The translations under genes were made by a program, and so were the position numbers. Below the pieces are notes generated by a model. It was not told where the DNA came from. It did not search any database and saw nothing but the letters and a program-made list of their open reading frames with translations. Below are positions 49,183 to 60,742 of a DNA stretch of 64,000 nt, piece by piece. Within the stretch, counting starts at the first letter, position 1. Each line of letters starts with the position of its first letter. Origin of the DNA: Macrostomum lignano (taxonomy: Eukaryota); NCBI GenBank assembly GCA_002269645.1, contig NIVC01003842.1, forward strand, positions 1-64,000. Direction: 5' to 3'.

Positions 49183-50033
49183 AGGTAGATGCAGGGCTTC
49201 ACTGAAGAGTGAGCAGGTAGATGCAGTGCTTCACTGAAGAGTGAGCAGGTAGATGCAGTGCTTCACTGAAGAGTGAGCAGGTAGATGCAGGGCTTCACTG
49301 AAGAGTGAGCAGGTAGATGCAGGGCTTCACTGAAGAGTGAGCAGGTAGATGCAGTGCTTCACTGAAGAGTGAGCAGGTAGATGCAGGGCTTCACTGAAGA
49401 GTGAGCAGGTAGATGCAGGGCTTCACTGAAGAGTGAGCAGGTAGATGCAGTGCTTCACTGAAGAGTGAGCAGGTAGATGCAGTGCTTCACTGAAGAGTGA
49501 GCAGGTAGATGCAGTGCTTCACTGAAGAGTGAGCAGGTAGATGCAGTGCTTCACTGAAGAGTGAGCAGGTAGATGCAGTGCTTCACTGAAGAGTGAGCAG
49601 GTAGATGCAGTGCTTCACTGAAGAGTGAGCAGGTAGATGCAGTGCTTCACTGAAGAGTGAGCAGGTAGATGCAGGGCTTCACTGAAGAGTGAGCAGGTAG
49701 ATGCAGTGCTTCACTGAAGAGTGAGCAGGTAGATGCAGTGCTTCACTGAAGAGTGAGCAGGTAGATGCAGTGCTTCACTGAAGAGTGAGCAGGTAGATGC
49801 AGTGCTTCACTGAAGAGTGAGCAGGTAGATGCAGTGCTTCACTGAAGAGTGAGCAGGTAGATGCAGGGCTTCACTGAAGAGTGAGCAGGTAGATGCAGGG
49901 CTTCACTGAAGAGTGAGCAGGTAGATGCAGGGCTTCACTGAAGAGTGAGCAGGTAGATGCAGTGCTTCACTGAAGAGTGAGCAGGTAGATGCAGGGCTTC
50001 ACTGAAGAATGAGCAGGTAGATGCAGTGCTTCA
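49183..50033 (+). repeat. 32-bp minisatellite CAGGTAGATGCAG(T/G)GCTTCACTGAAGAGTGAG
   Basis: About 26.5 near-identical copies with no spacers, filling intron 4 of the coiled-coil gene. Confidence 0.98.
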
Positions 50034-50081
50034 ATGTTAAATTATTTGAAAAAAATTACGTATTTTACTGTTGTATTCCAG

Positions 50082-50246
50082 AAATCCGAAGCTGCAGCAT
50101 CTGCCGGAGCCGCTGAGGCGCTGGCAGCAGCGGACGAGGCGGCCCGCAAGGAGCTGCAGGCGGAGCGCAAGCGGCATCTGACCGCCAAAGCGAAGGTCAA
50201 ATCGTTAGAAAAACAATTGACTAAAGTTAAGGAGGAGCAAGCTGAG
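50082..50246 (+). CDS. Giant coiled-coil protein, exon 5
   Basis: KSEAAAS...RKRHLTAKAKVKSLEKQLTKVKEEQAE with CAG/GTAAGT boundaries. Confidence 0.82.
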
Positions 50247-50336
50247 GTAAGTCAGTGTTTTTCTGCCGATGTGATGATCACAATGATTAGATTGTTGTGT
50301 TCTGAATACAGCTTATATTGTTAATTGTTCTACCAG

Positions 50337-50624
50337 GCCGCCAGCCAATGGGCTCGCGAGGCCGACGAGCTTCGATCTAAGGCGGTCCAGTTGGAGACGG
50401 AGCGCAGCAGCCTGGAGCAACGCCTCGCGCAGCTGCAGGCTGACGCAGACGCCGTTTCCGCTGCCGCCGCGGCGCCAAAGCCGGCGGAAGATCTGCGCGT
50501 CGAATTGCAAGCGGAAAAGAAGAAGCATTTATCAACGAAGGCTCGAGTGAAATCATTAGAGAAGCAGTTGAAAGCTTTGGATGCTCAGTTGCAGCAACAG
50601 CAAACAAAGGCGGGGGCAACACGT
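50337..50624 (+). CDS. Giant coiled-coil protein, exon 6
   Basis: AASQWARE...KKHLSTKARVKSLEKQL... with CAG/GTGAGT boundaries. Repeats the exon-5 motif. Confidence 0.82.
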
Positions 50625-50915
50625 GTGAGTGTTTGTAGTATTTGGTGCTGAACTTCATGCAGTTGAACAAATTAAAAGCAAACAATTGGATTTTCCCGAT
50701 CAAGTGAATCCGGCTGAAAAAATCGATAAGAACACGTTAATAACTATTAGGTGGTGGTTATTTAATAAGTAAAGATACTCGTATTTTCAAACATTGTTAT
50801 ACTGAACATTTAGCATTGGTATTTAATGCATCCTTAAACCCCAAACTGGTTTGAAGTAAATGAGTATACTCGAATGCGTTGACTATTGTCAATCTGATGC
50901 AAATCTCTATTGCAG

Positions 50916-53900
50916 GACACTGGTTCCGAGAGCAGCCCGGAGCATCCGATAGAAACCAGCGAAGTGCAACAATCAGCTTCGAGTGGCGGACGCAGAGAAG
51001 ATGCAGACGCTAGCGGACAGTTGTTGAGAGAGAAAACTGAAGAGCTAGTCAAGCTGCAAGACGCTTACTCACAAATTTCTGCATCTTCGCTGTCTCTACA
51101 AAAGAAATATGATGAGCTCAAACAACTACATGAACGGCTAGAATCGGAGAATATACGATTAACTGAGCAAAACTCTGCTATGATTGAGCGCGTCAAATCA
51201 GCTGATAGTCGAATTGCTGAACTGACAGAATCTGTCGAACAGCTTGGCTCAGAAAATTCTTTGTTGCGGGAGCAAGCAGCCCAATTGAGCGATAGCGTCA
51301 AGGCTGTACAATCCAGCACCCATGAGCAAGTAGGAACGCTCAACTCTGAAAAGCTTCAACTAGCTGAGCAGAATGCTCGATTGAATGAGCAAATACAAAG
51401 CTTGGAATCTGAATGCGCAAATTTCAAACAAGTTATCGAACAGCTGGAGTCAGAAAAACAATCCATTTCTGCGCGTAACTTAGAAATTGCAGAAAGGTTG
51501 ACCGAGAATGAAGCGCTTGTTGACGAATTAAACCAAATGTCGGCTAAAGTAGACACCGAAAGGTCAGCGCTTTCTGTAGAGGTTACAAGGCTAAATGATG
51601 AGCTAGCGCAATCGAAATCCGGCTTTCAGGAGTTGAAACAACAATTTGAAGACTTGCAATCGGAGAAGCAGCTTCTCTTTGAACATAAAGACAGCTTGCA
51701 GTCACAGAATTCTCAATTAGAAGTCCAAGTTGCAGACCTAACTGAGAAACTTGGCGTTAGTGAGGCTAACTTCAGCGAGCTGAAACAACAGATTGACGGC
51801 TTGCAATCGGAAAAGTCTCAGTATGCTGATCAAGTTGTAGATCTCACTGAGAAGCTGAGCGTCAGTGAGGCTAACTTCAGCGAGCTTAAACAACAGATTG
51901 ACGGCTTGCAATCGGAAAAGTCTCAGTATGCTGATCAAGTTGCAGATCTCACTGAGAAGCTGAGCGTCAGTGAGGCTAACTTCAGCGAGCTTAAACAACA
52001 ATTAAACAGTCTGCAAGCGGAGAAGTCCCAGCTGGAAGACCAAGTAGCAGACATCACTGAGAAGCTGGGAATTAGTGAGTCTCACTCCAGTGAGCTGAAG
52101 CAACAGATTGAAGGTTTGCAGTCGGAGAAGTCTCAGTATGCTGATCAAGTCGCAGACCTCACTGAGAAGCTGAGTGTCGGAGACTCGAAGTCAAGTGATT
52201 TGAAGCAACAGGTTGACAGCTTCCTGTCCGAGAAGTCCCAATTAGAAGAGCAAGTCTCAGGCCTCACTGAGAAGCTGACCGCTAGCCAGTCTAACTCCAG
52301 TGAGCTGAAGAAACAGATTGACAGCTTGCAGTCGGAGAATTTGCAATTAGAAGGCCACGCCGCGCACCTAAATGAAAAGCTCTCAGTCAGTGAATCGAAC
52401 TCCAATGAACTAAAGCTACAGATCGATACCTTACGGTCTGAAAAATCCTCAATAGTTGAACAATGTACTGACTTAAGTGAGAAATTAAAAGCCCATGAAT
52501 TAACTTCTAGTGATTTTAAGCATCAAAAAGACAGTTTGTCTGCCGAAAATTCTCAGTTGGCCGACCAAATTACAGTTCTCACCGAAAAGCTGAAAAGCAG
52601 CGACTCAAACTCAACTGAACTTAAACAGCATATAGATCTTTTGTCGAAAGAAAAAGATCAATTCGCAAATGAAGTTGCTGATCTTACTGAAAAGTTGCGA
52701 AATAATGAGTTGAACTCTGAAGGGCTTAAAAAACAGATTGAAAGCTTTCAGTCGGAAAAATCCCAACTCACGGACAACATTATAGAACTTAATGAGAAAT
52801 TGAGAGTTAGCGAGTTAAGCCTGAGCGATATTAAGCAGATTTCCGATAGTCTGTCTTCTGAAAAAGCTGCGTTAACTGAACAAGTCGCTGATCTCAACAA
52901 AAAGCTAAGTGAAAGTGAATTAAGTTCAAAGAAAATGAAGCTGCAAATCGATAGTTTACAGTCAGAGAATTCACAGTTCGTTAACCAAATTGCTGACTTC
53001 AGAGAAAAGCTGCAAGTTCACGAATCGACTACCATGGACTTTAAAAATCAGATTGACGATTTGTCGTCGGAAAAATCTTTGCTGGCTAACCAAGTCGAAG
53101 CACTCACGAATAATGTGAACACCACCGAATCCAACTGTAGTGAACTAAAGCTGCAAGTCGAAAATTTGTTGACTGAAAAATCTGAATTAGAAGACCAAGT
53201 TGCACATTTAACTGAAAAGTTAAGAGTCAATGAGTCAGCATCAAGTGAAGTTACTGAACAGGTCGATATTTTATCAACAGAAAAGTCTAGACTTACTGAC
53301 CAAGTCACAGAACTCAACAGTAAGCTAGAAGTGTACGAGTCAACCATGAACGAGCTGAAGCTGCAGTTAGACAGTTTGCAGTCGGAGAAGTCACAACTCG
53401 TTGATCAAGTCAGAGAGCTCGATGAGAAGCTACAGGCGAGTGAGTCGAACTCGAGCGAGATGAAACTTCAGTTGGACAGTTTGCAGTCGGAGAAGTCGCA
53501 ACTCGTTGATCAAGTCAGAGAGCTCGATGAGAAGCTACAGGCGAGTGAGTCGAACTCGAGCGAGATGAAACTTCAGTTGGACAGTTTGCAGTCGGAGAAG
53601 TCGCAACTCGTTGATCAAGTCAGAGAGCTCGATGAGAAGCTACAGGCGAGTGAGTCGAACTCGAGCGAGATGAAACTTCAGTTGGACAGTTTGCAGTCGG
53701 AGAAGTCGCAATTATCTGAGCAAGTCAGAGAGCTCGATGAGAAGCTACAGGCGAGTGAGTCGAACTCGAGCGAGATGAAACTTCAGTTGGACAGTTTTCA
53801 GTCGGAGAAGTCGCAACTCGTTGATCAAGTCAGAGAGCTCGATGAGAAGCTACAGGCGAGTGAGTCGAACTCGAGCGAGATGAAACTTCAGTTGGACAGT

Positions 53901-56900
53901 TTGCAGTCGGAGAAGTCGCAATTTGTTGAACAGGTTGCACAAATCACCGAAAAGCTTAGCGTCGTTGAGATAGAGAAGGTTGAAGAAATCAGCCGTCTTA
54001 AGCTTAGTTCTGATGACTTGATGCTACAGTTAAATAATTTGCGGTCTTCTTCAGATGCATCTGTTCAAGAATTAGCGGCCAGATTGGAACAGTCTAGCAA
54101 AATGGAGCAAGAGCTCAAATCTAGCCAGAAAGAAGTCTTAAGTTTGAAGGAACAGCTTCAAGTATCAGCCGAGCAGATCAACACTCTTACACAGGAAAAG
54201 TCCGATTTGATGGAGGATGCGATGGAAGCTAAGCGAGTTTTGGAAGAGGCATCTGATCGCATTGAAGATCTTGAATCAACGGAAGAAAAGTGTGCTGCGT
54301 TAGAGCGAACTGTCGAAACTCTACAAGTCTCACTTACTACTTCTGAGAATGAATGCCAGAGTCTTCGAACACTGTTGCAGACAGTTAGCGACTCAAAGGG
54401 CGATTTTGAAATGCAAATCTGGGAACTAGAGGAAACTAAGAAGTCTCTAATTACTCAGCTTTCCCAAGCAGATGCTGAAAGCCGGGAACTGTCTGAGAAA
54501 CTTCAAAAGTCTGTGGTTGATCAAATCGGCATACAATCTGAGCAAGCTCACTTGCATAACCAACTAGATACTAGCGAGCGTAAACAACAAAAACAAGCTG
54601 AAGAGATAGAACAGCTTAGAAAAAATTTAGACGAAGTAACTGATCAGCTGGCTAACGTCATCCAACAGCGAGATCGAATTCAGTCCCTGCGCAGTGAAGA
54701 AGTAGAAGCTTTGAAAGCTGAATGCAAAAGCTTGGACAAGCAGCTTTATGAGAGGAATCACGAAGTTGAAAGCATTAAAGCTACACTGCAGAAGTTGAAC
54801 CAGCAAGTCGAAATCATTGATGATCTAAGTCAACAAACTGTTTCGCTTCAAAGTCAACTTGTTGAAGCCCAAGATTCAATAGCTGAACTTAGCGAAGAGA
54901 ATTCCAAGCTACGAGATCGATTACAAGCTTCTTTTGCGGAGAATTCCGATCTTAAAGAGTCGCTAAATTCCGTTACTTGTCAAGCTGATGAGTGGCATTC
55001 ATCTTTGAGCAGCAGTCAGCGCGAGCTAGAGAGTTTGCAGAAAACGCTTGCTTATGCTGAATCAGAGTTTGCTGAAGCGCGGCAAGAGAATACAGGGTTT
55101 CAAGAAAAAATCACCCGAACTATGGAAGAAATGCGAGGGCTAAAAGAAAAGTGTGCTAGACAAGAAGAACAACTGCAGCGTATGGAAGATGAAAACGCAA
55201 GTATGTCAGTGCAGTGTGCTAATCAGAAGAAGAATTGTCTGGAACTCGAGTCTCAGCTTGAATCAGCAAATGCCGAGCTTAAAGCTCTTCAAAAAGAACA
55301 CTCTGCTTTAGAATCTTATAATGATGAGATTTCTGCAAAGTTTAAAGAGAATCAAGAACAGCTAGAACAGCTGGATGATCAACTAGACCGATTGACGGCT
55401 GAAAAGCAATCGATGCTTCAAAATTACAAGCTTCTACAGGAAGAGAATCAATCGTTACACAGCCTTATTGACTCTCTTAAGTCGAGCAATAGTGAATTCC
55501 AAGACAGACTCGACTCATCCTTAGGCGATGTCAAGTCTTTGTCTGACAGTGTTAATGAGCTGAAGCAGAATGAAGACAAGTTGCAGGATGATCAGCGCAA
55601 ATTAATTGCTACTAATGAGCAGCTAGAAGTCAAAATTTCTGGCTTAGAAGATGACAACTCCCAACTTAGGCAAGTAGTCAGCGATTTAAAAGCAATGGTT
55701 GAAGAAGTGGAGACAAAACTCGCAGAGAAATCCATGGAAGCAAGCAACTATCAATCGGCCCAACAGCAAATGCAAGCCAATGTCGAACAACTGCGTGCCG
55801 ATCTCCATAACAAAGACGAGATGATTTCGAAGGTAAGTTCAACAGCTTCTTTGAATTCAAATCTATTGGCTCGCGTAACTGACTCCGTATCAAGTTTACG
55901 AAGTTCTGTTGCTCAGCTGTGTGCCGAAACGAATTTAAATCTATCAGTGGAAACTACCGAAACGTCATTAGAAGGCACTGTTGAAAGCATTGCTCAGTTT
56001 ATATCCTCATCTTCTAGTGCTTTAAGACATTTAGAAAGTCAGTTTACGAGCCAGAAGCTTCAACTTGAACAAGTAACCCGTGATTTGAATGAAATTTCCA
56101 AAGAAAAAAGTGAATTAGAATCACTGCTAGAGGTCAGTCAAAAATCACTTGCGGCAAGTGAAAACCAAGTTAAAGAAATAACCGCTAATTATGAAAAGAC
56201 GCATAACAGACTGGAAACGATGAAGCAAAAAATGAACAAAATCTGTCAAACTATATCTGATCAAGAAAGCACCAATCAGCAAATATCCTCTCAAAATGAT
56301 CAGTTGCAACAAACTATCATGAATCTTAAAGAACAACTTAAAATGCAAAAACAACAAGCTCGTGATGAGGCAGCAGCTAAAATATCTGAACTAACAAATT
56401 TACTTGAAAGTTCGGAAAGGACAGTAGATCAGCTACAGACCGAGAAACTTGATCTTGAGCAGTCCAATGAAAATTTGGCAAGGAGCTTGTCTGAGTCAAA
56501 TGATGCCAAGAGCTCGATTGAAGAGCAACTCCGACTGCATGGCGAAGCTAAGCAGCGAGACGAAGAGAAACTTGGTCGGGCTGCCGAAGTGCACGAGAAA
56601 ATGACAAACAAGGTGAAGAAAGTTGTGGAGTCAAACAAGATACAGAAGGCTAAGATAAAAGAGCTGGAAGAAACGGTCGGCGCTCTTCAGAGTGAGATTA
56701 GTGAGTCAAACGAGAAAATCTCAACTCAAAGCGCGATAATCCAAACACTGACAGAGAGAAAACGCGGTCTAGAAGAAGAGCTCGAATCGAAATCGAAGCG
56801 AGTCACAGAGCTGGAAGCTTCAGTCAATGAGCAGACTGACGAGAACCGTGCTCTGGTAAAAGAGCTCGAATCGAAATCCAAGCGAGTCACAGAGCTGGAA

Positions 56901-59900
56901 GCTTCAGTCAATGAGCAGACTGACGAGAACCGTGCTCTGGTAGAAGAGCTCGAATCGAAATCGAAGCGAGTCACAGAGCTGGAAGCTTCAGTCAATGAGC
57001 AGACTGACAAGAACCGTGCTCTGGTAGAAGAGCTCGAATCGAAATCCAAGCAAGTCACCGAGCTGGAGGCCTCTGTCAATGAGCAGACTGAGAAGAACCG
57101 TGCTCTGGTAGAAGAGCTCGAATCGAAATCCAAGCAAATCACAGAGCTGGAAGCATCTGTCATTGAGCAGACTGAGAAGAACCGTGCTCTGGTAGAAGAG
57201 CTCGAATCGAAATCCAAGCAAATCACAGAGCTGGAAGCCTCTATCATAAAGCAGAGTGATTTGTCAGAAAAGCTTTCAGATGAATTGCAAATGCTGAAAT
57301 CTGCTAAGGACTCGGTTTCGACAGAACTGGACTCTGTAGTTCAATCAAAGTCGGATCTCGAAGCCAAAGTCGCAGATCTGACCTCTAATAATAACGCTCT
57401 TGAGCAGAGAGTTCGTGAGCTTGTGAACGAGCTCGATGGGTCAATCAAGTCTCTTTCTCAGCTACAGACCGAGAAGCTTGATCTGGAGCAGTCCAATGAA
57501 AAGTTGACAAAGAGCTTCTCTGAATTAAATGATGCAAAGAGCTCGATTGAAGAGCAACTCCGACTGCTTGGCGAAGCTAAGCAGCGAGACGAAGAGAAAC
57601 TTGGTCGGGCTGCTGAAGTGCACGAGAAAATGAAAAACAAGTTGAAGAAAGTTGTGGAGTCAAACAAGATACAGAAGGCTAAGATAAAAGAGCTGGAAGA
57701 AACGGCCAGCGCTCTTCAAAGTGAGATTAGTGAATCAAAAGAGAAAATCTCAACTCAAAGCGCGAGAATCGAAACACTGACAGAGAGAAACCGCGGTCTA
57801 GAAAAAGAGCTCGAATCGAAATCGAAGCGAGTCACAGAGCTGGAAGCTTCAGTCAATGAGCAGACTGACGAGAACCGTGCTCTGGTAGAAGAGCTCGAAT
57901 CGAAATCCAAGCGAGTCACAGAACTGGAAGCTTCAGTCAATGAGCAGACTGACGAGAACCGTGCTCTGGTAGAAGAGCTCGAATCGAAATCCAAGCGAGT
58001 CACAGAGCTGGAAGCCTCAGTCACTGAGCAAGCTGAGAATAACAGTGCTCTGGTAGAAGAGCTCGAATCGAAATCCAAGCAAATCACAGAGCTGGAAGCC
58101 TCAGTCAATGAGCAGACTGAGAAGAACCGTGCTCTGGTAGAAGAGCTCGAATCGAAATCCAAGCAAGTCACAGAGCTGGAAGCCTCAGTCAATGAGCAGA
58201 CTGAGAAGAACCGTGCTCTGGTAGAAGAGCTCGAATCGAAATCCAAGCAAGTCACAGAGCTGGAAGCCTCAGTCAATGAGCAGACTGAGAAGAACCGTGC
58301 TCTGGTAGAAGAGCTCGAATCGAAATCCAAGCAAGTCACAGAGCTGGAAGCCTCAGTCAATGAGCAGACTGAGAAGAAGATAAAAGAGCTGGAAGAAAAT
58401 ATCACCGTTCTTGAAAATGAAATCAAAGAATCAAACAAAAAACTTGCTTTACAAGTTGAAAGTTTTTCTGAGCTGAAGAAGCTTAAGGCTAGTCAGGAAA
58501 GGAGCTTCTCTGAATTGCAAGAGGAATTTTCACGACAGGAGGCTCTTTCTCAGAAATTCGAAGCAATAAAGTTGTCCCAAAGCGAAAAGATTACTGAACT
58601 AAATAAAATCAAAAGTTCCCAGGAGCAAGCTCTCTCCGACTTTCAATCCTTGGTATCTACTTTAGAAATCAGGATTAGCGAGCTTACAGATGAGAATCGT
58701 TTAAAAGATGATCGGGTTGCTGATTGTCTCTCAAATCTTCAAGTCTGTGAAAGCGAGAAGCAGGCAAAGAGTAATCTTATTTCGGAGCTCGAATGCTTGC
58801 TTAATAGCGAACGTTCAAAACAATCAGAACTAGAGGGCCAAGTTAGACTTCATTTGGCTCAGTCTGGCGAACTGTTTTCATTGCTTCAAAAAGAGTTCAG
58901 TGACCTACACGGTTTTGAGTTCGCTGACGCCGCCCATTCGAACCATTCTGTGATAAATCATGAGAATCTAAAACTTATGCTCAAAAGAATTTCCGAGCTT
59001 TATCAGGAACGCAGTGCCGAAATTTTAGAAACGAAGTCTCTTTTAGTAAAGTCTCACGAAGCCTCTTCCGAACTAAACTGTGTGATGCAATCGCTTGAGA
59101 AAAGTGTGACTGTGCTTCAACGGACTGTAACAAGTCATGAGCAAAAGATCTCTGAGTTGGAAGAATTGACATCTTTGCAACAAGGACAGATTTCAGAGTT
59201 TCGGTCTATACGAAGTGTTAACGAAAAAGTAATTTCTCAGCTTCAGGATGTAAATTCTTCCCTGTCAACTGATATTGGCGAATGCCGTCAGTCATTGCAA
59301 AATGCGATAGAAATTAAAGATCAGTTAGAACGCAAGGTAAGTAAGCTTCAGGATGAATGCAGTATTGCCACTCGAAAATATGAAGAGTTGGTAGACACCA
59401 AACGCTTTCTTGAGGGAGAGCTACTAGCTGTTAAGAACTCTCAAGTATTGAGTGAAGAAAAACTAAATTTTGCCTCAAAGACGAATGAGGATCTTTCACA
59501 TCAATTAAATAAAGCACTGGAAGAAAGAGAACAACGTTACCATGAAATTTTTGAACTGAAGAAGCAGAGCGAGGAGTATAACCGTGATATAATTGAACTT
59601 CGCAATTCAAAAGCTGAGGCTGATAAAAAAGTTGAAGAGTTACAAAGCATCGTTGTAGCTCAAAGAAAAGCTGCGTCTGAACTGCAAGACACTAATTTCA
59701 AGCTAGAAAAGTCTGTTTCTGACTACGAAGAAATTTTGTATTCGCATGAGACTAACATTTTGTTGCTTCAGAAGACCAGCTTTTTGCAGGAAGACTCGAT
59801 CGCCAAGCTCAAAGAGTTGAATTCCGCACTGCGCAAGTCTATTGTGGAACTACAGGATGCTAACTCAAATATGGAAAAGCGGATAATTGAGTTAGAAGAG

Positions 59901-60533
59901 GAAGAGCAGAGGATGCATTCGGAAATCGGATCATATCTGGAAAGAATATCCGAGCTAGAATCGCAGGTCAGTGAAGAACAAATTAGCAGAGTGAATCAAT
60001 TGCAAACTGCTAATACACAACTCACAGACGAGCTAAGCAAGCTAAAGGAAGAAAGGATGCATCTGAACCAAACTGTTGCTGATCTGGAATCAGAAAAGCT
60101 TAAACAACAGCAGGAAATAGAAGTGCGAGATGCGCAACTAATCCAACTCGAAGGTAATGCTGCGCATTATAAGGATGACCTCACTAAAGTATCGGACGAA
60201 TTGGTCGAAGCGATGGCGTCAAAAGAGGAACTCGTAAAGAAAATCAGTACAATCGTACTCGCTAAGCAAGATTTTGAAACTCAGATCTCTAAGCTGACAC
60301 AGGAAAACTCAAATTTAGATGAGCAGAATAAAAAGCTTATCATGGAAATGGAGCAGTCAGCAGAAGACTTCCGTTCTGCAAAGCAGGAGTTTGAGCGGTC
60401 AGTAAATGCATTAAAGTACGAATTAAAAACTCTGGAGAAATCAAACAGTTATCTGGATGGACAGCTCCGGCAGTCCTCTGAGAAGGCATCAAATTTGGAA
60501 TCCGAACTGCTATTGTTAGACAAAACCTATCAG
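50916..60533 (+). CDS. Giant coiled-coil protein, 9618-nt exon 7 (golgin/giantin-like; identity uncertain)
   Basis: TTGCAG acceptor and an open frame of 3206 codons, E/K/Q/L/S-rich heptads with 35-aa and 28-aa tandem repeats. Probable donor CAG|GTACAA at 60534. Confidence 0.9.
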
Positions 60534-60742
60534 GTACAAGAATTATATTTGTCTTTTTTCATACAGTTAATAAAAGCTTAAATTATCAGTCGCCTACCGT
60601 ATAACAAATTAAAAACAACAGAAAAATTTATACTACGTACAGTACTCACTCTTACGCTCGTATTCATCATTTTGCATTAAGTTAAATTACTGTAAATCAC
60701 TGTAACTTGTCGTAACATAAGAATTTTTTTTCTTCTTTTTAG

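Noticed and set aside
49183-50033. CRISPR array (32-bp partly palindromic repeat)
   Set aside because: No spacers and no cas genes. It lies in a eukaryotic intron.
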